The notes under the pieces are model-generated. The model was not told the origin of the DNA. It made no database searches and was given only the letters and a program-made list of their open reading frames with translations. Positions 9,057 to 19,640 of a DNA stretch of 64,000 bases are shown here, in pieces; positions within the stretch are counted from its first letter, which is position 1; each line of letters starts with the position of its first letter. The position numbers were made by a program, and so were the translations under genes. This stretch comes from an uncultured Chloroflexia bacterium (GTDB taxonomy: Bacteria; Chloroflexota; Anaerolineae; CG2-30-64-16), in NCBI GenBank assembly GCA_963774265.1, contig CAVZDU010000001.1, forward strand, positions 1,344,001-1,408,000, written 5' to 3'.

Positions 9057-10049
9057 ATGAAGCGTGTTCCATTTGCAAGAACCGGGGAAACGGTGTCGGA
9101 GTTCTGCCTGGGCACCATGATGTTCGGCGCCCGATGCGATGAGATGGAGTCGGATCGGATTCTAAGCGCTGCCCTGGAGCGCGGGGTCAACTTTGTGGAC
9201 ACCGCGGCCATGTACGTGAACGGCGGCACAGAGGAGATCGTGGGCCGGCTGCTGCGCGGGCGGCGCGACAAGGTGTTCCTGACGACGAAGGTGCACAAAG
9301 GCCTGGAGCCGGGGGACATCCGCTCGAGCATCGATGAGAGCCTGGCGCGGCTGCAGATGGACTACGTCGACTTGTACCTGTTGCACTGGCCACTGAAGGG
9401 CATGCGTCCCGTCGAGATCATGGCTGCGCTGAACGAGGTGGTGCAGGCCGGCAAGGCGCGCTATGTGGGATGCTCCAATTTCCCCGCATGGTTGCTGGCC
9501 CACTGTAACGCGATTGCGGCCGAACATGGATGGCCCCTCTTGATCAACAACCAGGTAGCATACAATCTGTTCGAGCGGGGGATCGAGGTGGAAATCCTGC
9601 CCCAGGCCGTGGCCGAGGGCATCGCGATCACCGCGTACAGACCGATCGCGGAGGGCGTCCTGGCTGGCCGCTACCAGGTGGGCGGTCCGTTCCCGTCGGG
9701 TGCGCGCGGTGAGAACAGCGGGCCGGTTGTCACCTGGCTGGCGCAGCACGGCGATGGCATCGAGCGTTTCAACCGCTGCGCGGCTGAGCTGGGAGTGGCG
9801 CCGGCTGCGCTGGCGTTGGCATGGCTGCGCTATTCGCCGGGGGTCACTGCAATTATCGTCGGCTCGAGCAGACTCAGCCAACTGGACGACAACTTTGCCG
9901 GCTTCGAGTTCGACCTGACTGAGCGCCAGTACGATGAGGTCACCGCGCTCTTCGATACAGAAGTCAAAGAAGAGGGGTTGCAGCGATTCCCAGGCCGTAA
10001 AAATAACTTCCCGCGGTTGCGGCGCAATTTGCGGCTCCTGGAAGCCTAG
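9057..10049 (+). CDS. Aldo/keto reductase
   Basis: LGTMMFG, DTAAMY, TK, DLYLLHW and GCSN catalytic motifs. Confidence 0.9.
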   Translation: MKRVPFARTGETVSEFCLGTMMFGARCDEMESDRILSAALERGVNFVDTAAMYVNGGTEEIVGRLLRGRRDKVFLTTKVHKGLEPGDIRSSIDESLARLQMDYVDLYLLHWPLKGMRPVEIMAALNEVVQAGKARYVGCSNFPAWLLAHCNAIAAEHGWPLLINNQVAYNLFERGIEVEILPQAVAEGIAITAYRPIAEGVLAGRYQVGGPFPSGARGENSGPVVTWLAQHGDGIERFNRCAAELGVAPAALALAWLRYSPGVTAIIVGSSRLSQLDDNFAGFEFDLTERQYDEVTALFDTEVKEEGLQRFPGRKNNFPRLRRNLRLLEA

Positions 10050-11026
10050 CCCCGGATCGCTCGCAGCACCTGATCGATCACCCACGTGGTGTGTGCCCCG
10101 GTTTCTCCCGTGCTGGGGCACACACCAACGCCGTTCAGCTCGTCAACGATCGTCTGAATCAGGGGCTGCTGCACGTGCGCGGGGTTTTCGATTGGAAGGG
10201 CCTGACTGCCCTCCGCCGTCTCAAGCGTGATCGGCTCCGCGTCAAAACTGGAGAAGACCACTTTGCCCCGAGTGCCCACGATTTCGGTTGCGTCACGATT
10301 GCCATAACTTGTGAAGTTCCACGCACCTGCCCCTAGCACGCCCGACGCGAACTCGAACGAAGCAGTGACGGTGTCCTCCGCCGGGTAGAAGCCCGCCAGA
10401 TTCCCCGCGTGTCCCTGCACCGAACGAATGGGCCCCAGCACATAGTCCAGGAAATCGAGGGTGTGCGAACCCATATCGACAAAGCGGCCGCCGCCGGAGA
10501 TTTCGGGCAATACGCGCCACGGCAGATTGGCCGGGTCGATGTCCTCCGGCACAGGCTTCTGCTGAAGCAGCACGGTCACAAAGCGGACTTCGCCGATCGC
10601 GCCCCTATCGATCAGCCCTTTGACCCTGAGAAACCGAGGCATGGCGCGGCGATAGTAGGCCACGAAGAGGGGAACGCCGGCCGCACGACATGCCGCGATC
10701 ATCTCCTCGCATTCTCCAATGTTGAGCGCCATCGGCTTTTCTACATACACCGGCTTGCCCGCCCGCGCGCATGCCAACACATACTCCTTGTGGGAAGACG
10801 GAGGGGTGGCGATGTAAACGGCATCCACCTCAGGGTCGGCAATCAAGGCGTCAGCCGCATCGTACCAGTGCGGCACGCCGTGCCGCCGTGCGTAGTCTTC
10901 GGCCAGCGCCGCGTTACGCCGCATTACAGCCGTCAGGGCTGAGTTGTGCGCTTTCTGGAAGCCGGGACCGCTCTTTACCTCGGTGACGTTCCCGCAACCG
11001 ACGATGCCCCATCGGATGGTTCGCAT
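10046..11026 (-). CDS. Gfo/Idh/MocA family oxidoreductase
   Basis: WGIVGCG Rossmann motif, EKPMA, GGRFVDMGSH. Confidence 0.9.
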   Translation of the reverse strand: MRTIRWGIVGCGNVTEVKSGPGFQKAHNSALTAVMRRNAALAEDYARRHGVPHWYDAADALIADPEVDAVYIATPPSSHKEYVLACARAGKPVYVEKPMALNIGECEEMIAACRAAGVPLFVAYYRRAMPRFLRVKGLIDRGAIGEVRFVTVLLQQKPVPEDIDPANLPWRVLPEISGGGRFVDMGSHTLDFLDYVLGPIRSVQGHAGNLAGFYPAEDTVTASFEFASGVLGAGAWNFTSYGNRDATEIVGTRGKVVFSSFDAEPITLETAEGSQALPIENPAHVQQPLIQTIVDELNGVGVCPSTGETGAHTTWVIDQVLRAIRG

Positions 11027-11073
11027 ATGTCCTCCTCCGCGTTGGCGAAAGGCGCTTGGCGCAGACAGAGTAG

Positions 11074-11838
11074 TTAGTCAAGGGCGGCGGTAACAGTCTT
11101 GATGGCGGCAGTGGCGCCACCCTGCAGGAAACGGACGTCGCTGCCCATCACCACGAACCGAAAGCCTTGCTGCACGCGCAGCACAGCGAGATCGGGCGCG
11201 CCGATGTCGATACCGGGGATCCTGCCAGTGCTTTGACATGCCTGCACGACGCGTTCGAGCGCGCGTGCGTGCTCATCGTGCTGTGGTATCTCGCGCGGGT
11301 GAAAGCCTATCGAAAGCGCCAGATCCTGCGGACCGATCATGCAACCGTCTATCCCGGGCACTGCCAGAATCGCTTCGGCGTCCCTGACTGCCCGCGCACT
11401 TTCGATCTGGACTGCGACAAAGAGCTGATCGTTGATCCAGTCGGGGTAGTCTGCGCCATAGACCAAGGCGCGCCCCCAACCGAAGGAGCGTTCGCCTATC
11501 GGGGGATACCGGCACGCGGCTGCCATTGATCTCGCCTCTTCCACGGTGTCGACCATGGGTGCGATGATTCCGAGAACGCCCGCATCTAGCAGCCGCGCCA
11601 CAAGGTGGTACTGGTTGTTAAGCACGCGGGCCATCGGGGTGGCCGTGCCAGCACAGATGGAGGTCACGCCTGCGATCATCGAGTCGTCGCCCCAGGAGCC
11701 ATGCTGTGTGTCCAGCATGACGAAATCCGCGCCGCAATGGCTTAGGAATTCGGCCGCCACGGGCGAGCCCAACTTAGCGGAGAAACCGAGAGCTGGTTTG
11801 CCAGAGAGCATTTTCTGTTTGGCCGTATTGAACTTCAT
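11074..11838 (-). CDS. HpcH/HpaI family (2-keto-3-deoxy sugar acid) aldolase
   Basis: DTQHG, LLDAG, RYPPIGERS, QIES and IGPQDL motifs; start at MKFNTAK. Confidence 0.88.
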   Translation of the reverse strand: MKFNTAKQKMLSGKPALGFSAKLGSPVAAEFLSHCGADFVMLDTQHGSWGDDSMIAGVTSICAGTATPMARVLNNQYHLVARLLDAGVLGIIAPMVDTVEEARSMAAACRYPPIGERSFGWGRALVYGADYPDWINDQLFVAVQIESARAVRDAEAILAVPGIDGCMIGPQDLALSIGFHPREIPQHDEHARALERVVQACQSTGRIPGIDIGAPDLAVLRVQQGFRFVVMGSDVRFLQGGATAAIKTVTAALD

Positions 11839-12870
11839 TGCTTCACTCCGGCTAGTTTCAGTTCTGCTGCACGATGGCAGGCGACAAAGTGGCCCGGTTC
11901 CAGTTCGGTGAGGCCGGGCGTTTGCTGCCGACAGATATCGACGGTGTATCGGCAGCGCGGGTTGAAATAACACCCGGGGGGCGGGTTTGACGGGTCAGCC
12001 ACGCTGCCCTCGAGCACGATGCGTTTCGAACGGAGCCGCGGGATCTGGCTTGGGCACGGCCGACAAGAGGGCCTCGGTGTAGGGGTGCTTAGGCGAGTGG
12101 AAGATGGCATCGGTCGGGGCCATTTCCGCGATGCGGCCCACGTACATGACCGCTACACGTTCGCTGATGTGCTTGACCACGCTCAGATCGTGGGCGACGA
12201 AGAGGTAGGTCAGTCCTAGCTCGTCCTGTAGCTCCAGCAGAAGGTTCAGGATCTGTGCCTGCACCGATACATCCAGTGCCGAGACCGGCTCATCGGCGAC
12301 CACCAACCGAGGACGCAGCGCAAGGGCGCGTGCGATGCCGATCCGCTGGCGTTGACCCCCGCTGAAGGCGTGCGGGAAGCGGCGCATATACTCGGGCCGT
12401 AAGCCCACCACTCTTAGCAACTCGGCCACACGTTCGGTCCGTTCTTCCCGATCCGTCACACCGTTGACCAGGAGCGGCTCCCCGACGATGTCCAGCAGCG
12501 TCATGCGCGGGTTCAGTGACGAGAACGGATCTTGGAAAATCATCTGCATTTCGCTGCGCAGCGGCTTTAGCTCTGCATCCGGCAACGTGGCCACGTCAAC
12601 CACTTTGCCGGCCTCCGTGTGGAAGAGGATTTGGCCGGCCGTGGGGTGAACTGCGCGCAGGATGCAGCGTGAAGTTGTGGTCTTGCCGCAGCCGCTCTCG
12701 CCCACCAGGGAGAAGGTCTCGCCATGGCGGATGAAGAAAGTAACATCATCCACGGCGCGAACGCTGCCAACGACACGCTGGAGGAAGCCCTTCCGAATGG
12801 GGAAGAACTTCTGGAGATTCTTCACCTCTAGGAGTCTGCTGGAATCTTCGGTCGCTTTCAAATTGACCAT
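11835..12870 (-). CDS. Dpp/Opp ABC ATPase (DppF-like), one +1 frameshift near 12040
   Basis: [23 protein letters not shown]; the C-terminal GCYFNPRC...VACH domain continues in another frame after an extra C in a C run. Confidence 0.88.
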
Positions 12871-12948
12871 ACCTCAAAGTCGTGGGCACACTGTGCCCGC
12901 GGTTCAGTGCACGTGACAGGTTCCACCACAGTTGACAACGTTACGTCT

Positions 12949-13959
12949 TCACGCCGGTTGTCCGTACAGGAAGCAGCTCGCCGACTGGCCGTTTCCCAGG
13001 TCAGCCAGCTCTGGCTCGCTGACCTCGCACACTCCACGGATTCGATCGGGACAGCGCGGGTGGAAGGGACAGCCGGTGGGCCGATTGTAGGGATGTGGGA
13101 TCGAACCGGTGATAGTGTGCAACTTGACGCGCGGGGTCATGTCGATGCTCGGGATGGAGCGCAGCAGCGCACGCGTGTACGGATGTTGCGGCCGATGGAA
13201 AATGTCATCCACCGCGCCAACCTCAACCACTCGGCCGAGGTACATCACCACAACGTGGTCGCACATCTCGGCAACCACACCCAGGTTGTGTGTGATCAAC
13301 ATGATCGCCATGCCGCGTTCTTCCTGCAGGCTACGCAGCAAGTCCAGGATTTGCGCCTGGGTGGTCACGTCGAGCGCGGTCGTCGGCTCGTCAGCGATCA
13401 GCAGCCGCGGGTTGCACGAAAGTGAGACGGCGATCATGGCCCGTTGGCGCAGCCCGCCGGAAAGCTGGAACGCGTATTCGTCGATGCGGCGCTCCGGTTT
13501 GGGGATGCCTACCTGGCGTAGCGCCTCAATCGCGTGCTCTCGCGCCTCTCTCTTGGAGACGTTCATGTGTAGCTGGACGGCCTCAATGATCTGGTTGCCG
13601 ACCGTGTGGACGGGGCTGAACGATGTCATCGGCTCCTGGAACACCAGCCCGATGTCGCGGCCGCGCAGGCCACGCATCTGACGGCCATCAGGATCAAGCC
13701 CAACCAGGTCAGTGGAGCGTCCGTCGGCATCGTACCAGTGAATCTCTCCGTTGACGATGCGGCCGGGCGGTTCGACGATGCGCAGGATGGAGCGTGCCGT
13801 GACGCTCTTACCGCAACCGGATTCTCCCACGATCCCCAGGGTTTGGCGCTGGGCGATGTCGAACGAAGCGCCATCAACGGCCTTGACGGTGCCTTCGTCC
13901 TGGAAGAAGTAGGTTTTCAGATCTCGAACCGACAGGAGCGGTGTGTTGTTATCTGGCAT
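12949..13959 (-). CDS. Dpp/Opp ABC ATPase (DppD-like)
   Basis: [32 protein letters not shown]. Confidence 0.92.
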   Translation of the reverse strand: MPDNNTPLLSVRDLKTYFFQDEGTVKAVDGASFDIAQRQTLGIVGESGCGKSVTARSILRIVEPPGRIVNGEIHWYDADGRSTDLVGLDPDGRQMRGLRGRDIGLVFQEPMTSFSPVHTVGNQIIEAVQLHMNVSKREAREHAIEALRQVGIPKPERRIDEYAFQLSGGLRQRAMIAVSLSCNPRLLIADEPTTALDVTTQAQILDLLRSLQEERGMAIMLITHNLGVVAEMCDHVVVMYLGRVVEVGAVDDIFHRPQHPYTRALLRSIPSIDMTPRVKLHTITGSIPHPYNRPTGCPFHPRCPDRIRGVCEVSEPELADLGNGQSASCFLYGQPA

Positions 13960-13982
13960 GGTGCGCCATCCATGGCGTGGCA

Positions 13983-15134
13983 TCATCCATACGGATCGGC
14001 CGCGTCTCGCAAGCCATCACCGACGAAATTGAACGCCAGGACGGCCAAGATGACCGGAATGACCGGAAGCAGTAACCACGGCGAAATCGCCAGGGCCTGG
14101 ATGTTCTGCGCCTGCTCCAATAACACGCCCCACGAGATCGCAGGCGGGCGCAATCCCAGGCCCAAGAAGCTGAGGGAAGTCTCGCTGATGATCATCGCCG
14201 GAATGGCCAAAGTGGTGGCCGCGATGATATGGCTCAGGAACGATGGGACCATGTGGCGGAAGATGATGCGCATCTTGCCGCACCCCACCAGCTCCGCCGC
14301 GGTGATGAAATCCTCTTCGCGGAGGGTGAGGAACCGGCCGCGCACAACGCGGGCCAACTCGGTCCAGCCCAGTAACGAGATGATAAGCGTGATTGCCAGG
14401 TAGATCTGTTGCGTTGACCACGCGCGCGGGAGTGCGGCCGCAAGGCCCATCCAGAGCGGAATAGTCGGAATCGAGCGCAGAACCTCGATGGTGCGTTGGA
14501 TCACTGTGTCTATCGCGCCGCTGAAATAGCCGGAGATGCCCCCGAGTAACACTCCCAGGAACAGACTGAGCGCCACCGCGGCCAGACCGATAACCAGCGA
14601 AATCTGCGTGGCGAGCATCAGGCGCGACCAGAGATCGCGGCCGTTGACATCGGTGCCGAGAAGGAAGAGCGATTCTTCGACCGGCGCGCCTTCCACGCCC
14701 AGCAGGTGGGTGTCTCCGGGGATGATGCCCAGGAGCTTATAGGAAAAGCCCTTGACGAAGAAACGCAGCGGAAGCTTTGTCTCCGGATCGTTGACGTAGA
14801 CGCGCTTGAAGGTTTTGGGATCTCGGGCGCCCTTGACCGCGTAGACGTGTGGGCTCAGCTTCCCATCTTGGAACCAATGGACCTTCTGAGGTGGCATCAG
14901 GCCGCGCTGGGCCTCCGATAGCTCGGGATCTACGTAAGCCAGGGCCGGCGCGAAGAAGGCAACCAGGTAGAAGAGGATCAGGACAACGGCGCTGATCATG
15001 GCCAGGGTGTGCTTGCGGAAACGCCACCACATGAGCTGGGCGGCGCTCGCTACCGAGACGCGTTCCTCGGCTTCGGTCATCGCCTCTTCCGGCGCTTCAA
15101 TGGGTCGAGCAGCGATGGGCATGGATTCAGTCAT
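13983..15134 (-). CDS. Dpp/Opp ABC permease (DppC-like)
   Basis: LGTDVNGRD, EAA-like loop, SFLGLG, SWGVLL, GDGLRDAADP. Confidence 0.92.
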   Translation of the reverse strand: MTESMPIAARPIEAPEEAMTEAEERVSVASAAQLMWWRFRKHTLAMISAVVLILFYLVAFFAPALAYVDPELSEAQRGLMPPQKVHWFQDGKLSPHVYAVKGARDPKTFKRVYVNDPETKLPLRFFVKGFSYKLLGIIPGDTHLLGVEGAPVEESLFLLGTDVNGRDLWSRLMLATQISLVIGLAAVALSLFLGVLLGGISGYFSGAIDTVIQRTIEVLRSIPTIPLWMGLAAALPRAWSTQQIYLAITLIISLLGWTELARVVRGRFLTLREEDFITAAELVGCGKMRIIFRHMVPSFLSHIIAATTLAIPAMIISETSLSFLGLGLRPPAISWGVLLEQAQNIQALAISPWLLLPVIPVILAVLAFNFVGDGLRDAADPYG

Positions 15135-16123
15135 CAGCGGCGCTCCAGGCGGATGCGCGGATCAACCCACATCAACAAGAGGTCGGAGATGAAGGTGCCG
15201 ATCACGGTCATGACGCCCAGCATTAGCACGATGGTGCCGGCGAGAAACATGTCCTGCGCAACAAGCGCCTTCAGCAGCAGGGGGCCAACGGTGGGCAGGC
15301 TCAGCACCAGCGAGATAATGATGCTACCGGAGACGATGTAGGGCAACAGATAGCCGATGGTGCTGATGAAAGGGTTCAGCGCGACGCGCACCGGGTATTT
15401 CATGATCACCCGCAGCTCGGACAGGCCGCGCGCCCTGGCGGTCATCACGTAGGGCTTGCGCAGCTCGTCCAGCAGGTTCGAGCGCATGATGCGGATCATT
15501 TGCGCCGTGCCAGACAGACCAAGGACCACGGCCGGGATCGGCAGGTGATTGATCATGTCTTTTATCTTGACCCAGTTCCAGGGCGCGTCCGCAAGGTCTG
15601 GCGAGAAGAGGCCACCCACGTTGGCGTTGAAATAGCGAAAACCAACGTACAGGACGATCAATGCCAACATGAAGCCTGGCACGGCCAGGCCAATGAAACC
15701 GATGAACGTGAAGATATAGTCACCGATCGAGTAGCGTCGCACGGCGGAGTAGATGCCGATAGGGAGCGCGAGCGCCCAGGTGAAGATGACGGCGGCTAAC
15801 GACACTACCACGGTCAGCATCAGGCGATCGCCGATCACGTCCTTGACCGGCCGGTTCCATTCCATTGCCATGCCATAGTTGCCGCGGAGGATCTGTCCCA
15901 TCCAGCGCACGAACTGGACGGTCATGGGCTTGTCCAGCCCATATTGCTCCCGTAGCGCCTGGATGTCACCTTCGGAGACGCTGGCGCCGCCGGCCGACAT
16001 AGACGCGATATATGTGGTGCCGAAGTCACCGGGCGGCAACTGGATAATGACAAACGCCAGAACACTGATGGCAAAGAGGGTGACGACGGCTAAGGCCGCA
16101 CGGCGTATGATATACGCGAGCAT
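15134..16123 (-). CDS. Dpp/Opp ABC permease (DppB-like)
   Basis: LPPGD, YGLDKP, YVMTARARG, DPRI. Confidence 0.92.
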   Translation of the reverse strand: MLAYIIRRAALAVVTLFAISVLAFVIIQLPPGDFGTTYIASMSAGGASVSEGDIQALREQYGLDKPMTVQFVRWMGQILRGNYGMAMEWNRPVKDVIGDRLMLTVVVSLAAVIFTWALALPIGIYSAVRRYSIGDYIFTFIGFIGLAVPGFMLALIVLYVGFRYFNANVGGLFSPDLADAPWNWVKIKDMINHLPIPAVVLGLSGTAQMIRIMRSNLLDELRKPYVMTARARGLSELRVIMKYPVRVALNPFISTIGYLLPYIVSGSIIISLVLSLPTVGPLLLKALVAQDMFLAGTIVLMLGVMTVIGTFISDLLLMWVDPRIRLERR

Positions 16124-16150
16124 CGCGCCTCCTTACCTCACCCACCCCAA

Positions 16151-16179
16151 CCCTCCCTCTCCGCACCGGAGAGGGAGGG
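16151..16179. terminator. Hairpin between SBP and permease genes (REP-like/stabiliser)
   Basis: ccctccctctccg-cac-cggagagggaggg perfect 13-bp stem. Confidence 0.65.
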
Positions 16180-16196
16180 AGGAGAGATAGGGAGGT

Positions 16197-18398
16197 TTAG
16201 CTCTTGAAGTAGAAGGTGGGCGGCAGCGAGGAGCCAGGCGTGCGACCATGCTGCGCGTTGATCTGGCGCTCTGGGACGTTGCCCATGTTATTCTTGACCA
16301 CGCGCACGCCCATGAAGGCGGGCGACTGGCCAACGGTGCCGATGCTCCACTGCTGCTCAGTGATAATCTTCCAGAGATCCTGGCCGAGCTTTTTCTGGTC
16401 GGCCTCCTTCAGCGTGGGGTACGTTTTGAACATCTCAAAGGCTTTGAGCATCTCTGGATCATCCGGCTTCACGCCCTGTGTTCCGCCGGAGGCGAACCAC
16501 TTGGCAAAGGCCATGCCCATGTGGCACTCCGCCGGGTCCACGGGAAGCGCGTGACGCGGGAAGAGGAAGATCATCTCGGAGCCGTCGTTGGCCCAGGTGA
16601 TCATTTGCTGCTCGTTGTTGGCCGTCGTGCCGAACGCCTGGTTGCGCTCCATCTCCTTGACTTGCGCGTCGATGCCGATCTTCTTCCACTGCTGGGTGAT
16701 CATTTCGCCGACTTGCGTGTATGGCACGAATTGGCCGCCGACGGTGATCATCTCCAACCGCAAGCGCTCACCATTGTCAGTGCGTACGCGGAAGCCCTCG
16801 GCATCCTTTTTGTTCAGGCCGATCTTGTCGAGAATCTGGTTGGCCTGGTCCGGGTCGTAGGTGCACCATAACTTGCGATACTCCGGGCCAGGGCTATAGA
16901 GCGTGGATTCAGCCGGCGCGTTAGAGCCAGCGGTGCCCACACCCAGCCAGAAGGTCTCATTGAGTTGATCGCGATCGATGCCCAATGATAGGGCATGGCG
17001 GAAATCCTTGTTCCTGATCCACTTCGCGATTTCTGCATCACCCGTGTACGCGTTGCCCATGTGCAGGTTGACATCCGCGCCGTTCAGGGCCGGGTCGAGA
17101 TGGACGGTGTAATTGCCCTTCTCCTGGTTTTCCAACAGTACCGGCAGGTTGGCCAGGCCGACGTGGCGCTCCTGGATGTCGTACTCGCCCGCGACCGCGC
17201 GCAGGTTCAGCACCTGCAGGTTTTCGGCAAGTGTCATGGTGATCTTGTCGATATAAGGAAGCTGATTTCCTTCGCTGTCTACGGCCCAGAAGTAGGGGTT
17301 GCGCTCCAGGACCCAGGTCGGCGTGTTGATGGCGCCGGTGGTCCTCCAGGGGGTCATGACCGGCACTTCGGGATTGAGACACCAGCTATAGCGATTCTTG
17401 AAGTAAAGCTTCCAGTCGTCGAAGCCTGCGGCTTTCGCCTTGGTGTTCAGCTCGTCGACGGATGAATACTTGGGCAGGTACTGTTTCAGGTAATGCGCCG
17501 GGGCGTAGCCGCCGCCGTAGGTGCCGAACGCACCGCGGGTGGCAAAGCCGGCGCCGATGGCTGTGCTGCCGGCCAGGGTGTACGGGAAGTAGTAGTTCGG
17601 TTCGGGAAACTCGAAAGCCACGGTGTAGTCATCGACCTTCTTCATGACACCGGACTTGCCATTGACCAGCATTTCGGTGAAGGGTGTGGGGACAAGGTCC
17701 TTGTTGCTGTAGATGTCCTCGAACCAGAACATGAAGTCATCCGCGGTGAGCGGCGTGCCATCCGACCACTTGGCGCCCTTGCGGAGATAGATCGTCGTGG
17801 TCAGACCATCGTCACTCAGCTTCCAATCCTTGGCCAGCGCAGGCCTGATCTGGGTGCCGGTGTATTCCCAGAAGAGGATCTTTTCCATCGAGACAATGCG
17901 GTTGCCATTCTCGTGGTCGGCGGGGCCGGTGAAGCCGCGGCGCCAGTTGCCGCCGTATTTGCCGACCTCGTGCAGGGGTTGAACCACCATCACTTCACCT
18001 GCTTCGGGCAGGCGTTCTTCCAGCGCAGGCAATGTGCCGGCCTTCACCAGATCCGCCCACATTGGCGCCTCAGCGAACTTGGTGGGGTACTTGGCGGCGT
18101 CAAGGATGATCTCTGGGCCTTCAAGTTTACCGATGAGCGACTCGCCCAATGCGGGCGCAGCTTCCGGGACGGCCGTGGGAGGAATGGCTGTGGGAGGCAC
18201 GGCCGTGGGAGGGATGGCCGTGGGTGCGACTACCGCTGCGGTGGGTGCGACAGGCGCTGTGGTGGGCGCTGCCGGTGCTGCTGGTGCTGCTGTGGGTGAC
18301 GGTGCGGGGGCCGTACACGCGGCGAGGGCCGCAGTGCCGATTGCCGCCCCGGATGCGGTTAGAAATTGCCGCCGGGTCAGCCGTTTACCTTTGGACAT
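16197..18398 (-). CDS. Family 5 ABC substrate-binding lipoprotein (Tat signal), probably sugar-binding
   Basis: MSKGKRLTRRQFL...LAAC Tat lipoprotein signal, PTA-rich linker, LPALEERLP, GKYGG, KWSDGTPLTADD; RBS AAGGAGG. Confidence 0.9.
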   Translation of the reverse strand: MSKGKRLTRRQFLTASGAAIGTAALAACTAPAPSPTAAPAAPAAPTTAPVAPTAAVVAPTAIPPTAVPPTAIPPTAVPEAAPALGESLIGKLEGPEIILDAAKYPTKFAEAPMWADLVKAGTLPALEERLPEAGEVMVVQPLHEVGKYGGNWRRGFTGPADHENGNRIVSMEKILFWEYTGTQIRPALAKDWKLSDDGLTTTIYLRKGAKWSDGTPLTADDFMFWFEDIYSNKDLVPTPFTEMLVNGKSGVMKKVDDYTVAFEFPEPNYYFPYTLAGSTAIGAGFATRGAFGTYGGGYAPAHYLKQYLPKYSSVDELNTKAKAAGFDDWKLYFKNRYSWCLNPEVPVMTPWRTTGAINTPTWVLERNPYFWAVDSEGNQLPYIDKITMTLAENLQVLNLRAVAGEYDIQERHVGLANLPVLLENQEKGNYTVHLDPALNGADVNLHMGNAYTGDAEIAKWIRNKDFRHALSLGIDRDQLNETFWLGVGTAGSNAPAESTLYSPGPEYRKLWCTYDPDQANQILDKIGLNKKDAEGFRVRTDNGERLRLEMITVGGQFVPYTQVGEMITQQWKKIGIDAQVKEMERNQAFGTTANNEQQMITWANDGSEMIFLFPRHALPVDPAECHMGMAFAKWFASGGTQGVKPDDPEMLKAFEMFKTYPTLKEADQKKLGQDLWKIITEQQWSIGTVGQSPAFMGVRVVKNNMGNVPERQINAQHGRTPGSSLPPTFYFKS
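18160..18300 (-). repeat. Coding tandem repeats (PTAIP/PTAVP linker)
   Basis: Degenerate 15-bp units such as ggccgtgggaggaat / ggctgtgggaggcac / ggccgtgggagggat. Confidence 0.7.
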
Positions 18399-18668
18399 CA
18401 GGACCTCCTTGCTCTTTGAGAGCCACAGTGGGTGCGCCGTTGAACCGCTGTCAGATGTTGATGACAAGCGTGCACTTGGGCGATGGTGCATGAGGTAGAG
18501 GGGCAGTAGACCGAAGCGCATAACGCGGGCCTGGACTTCAGCATGAGGCCATCGAACACTTCAAGGCTCGACAGTGCCGGTGCGGCAACGTTGCTGCGAT
18601 GTGTCCAGTGTGGCATTGAATGCGCCTGTCGCGACGGGGAGGGGCGGCTGTGCCCCCTCGAACCTTAC

Positions 18669-18721
18669 GAAAATCGATTTCCCTGTGCTAAAATATAGCA
18701 TGGCTTGCACCGGCATGTCAA
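18669..18721 (-). promoter_or_regulatory. sigma70 promoter plus LacI-type operator for the dpp operon
   Basis: TTGACA-18 bp-TATATT (extended TG) on the minus strand; palindrome AAATCGATTT (18671-18680) just downstream. Confidence 0.6.
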
Positions 18722-18798
18722 CCCATTAAGAAGTCACCGCTGTTCCATGCCGGCGTTCGAGTGCGGAATTCGCATTTCCTCCTTCGCTGCGGTTCTTG

Positions 18799-19629
18799 TC
18801 AGGGTCGGCAGACGATTGAGATCAGGTCGTGCAGGCCATTGATAACGAAATCCGGGGGGCGCTCGAGCCGTGAGACGTCCTCGCGTGTCGACACGCCGGT
18901 CAGCGGGACGGCTGTCAGCATTCCGGCTTCCTGGCCCATCCGCAGATCGGTCTCCAGCCGGTCCCCCACCATGAGGCAGCGCCCTGCGGGCACGCCCAAG
19001 CGATCCAACGCAGTGCCGAGGATCAACGGAGACGGCTTGCCCGCGACCAATTCGGGCCAGCGCCGCGTGAGCTGATAAAGTGCGGCGAGCGTGGCGCCGG
19101 CATCCGGGATGGCGCCGCCGGGCATGGGGCAGGTGTCATCGGCATTGGTGGCGAAGAATCGGGCGCCCCGGCGCAACGCCTGATAGACCGTGTTCAGCTT
19201 GCGATAGTCCAGCGTGCGGTCGAGCGCCACTACCACGGCATCGATGCCTCCGGGCTCGATGACCTCTTTGGGGTCCTGCGCCACGAGCTCATCGGCGACG
19301 CACAGTCCTGCGCCACGTAATTCCCGCCGCAGGTATTCCTCACCGATAACATAGTAGCACAATCCAGGTTCATGAGCGGCCAGGTAGTGCGCCAGCACGA
19401 AGGCAGAGGTGATAACATCCTCTCCTGGGGTTGGGATGCCCAGCCGCGTCAGCTTGGCCGCGTAGGCTTCTCGCGGTTCCAGCGGCTTGTTGCTGACGAA
19501 CATCGTCCGAACACCCGCCTTGCGCAGGCCGGTGACCCCTTCGACCGCGCCCGGCAGTGCGGCCTCCCCAAGATAAACGGTGCCGTCCAGGTCAAAGACG
19601 ACGGCGTCGACGAGCGGCTTTGAAGCCAT
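18799..19629 (-). CDS. HAD subfamily IIA hydrolase (NagD/AraL-like sugar phosphatase)
   Basis: FDLDGT, SNK, GKP and GDRLETD motifs; start MASKPL after GGAG. Confidence 0.9.
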   Translation of the reverse strand: MASKPLVDAVVFDLDGTVYLGEAALPGAVEGVTGLRKAGVRTMFVSNKPLEPREAYAAKLTRLGIPTPGEDVITSAFVLAHYLAAHEPGLCYYVIGEEYLRRELRGAGLCVADELVAQDPKEVIEPGGIDAVVVALDRTLDYRKLNTVYQALRRGARFFATNADDTCPMPGGAIPDAGATLAALYQLTRRWPELVAGKPSPLILGTALDRLGVPAGRCLMVGDRLETDLRMGQEAGMLTAVPLTGVSTREDVSRLERPPDFVINGLHDLISIVCRP

Positions 19630-19640
19630 GCGGACGCTCC

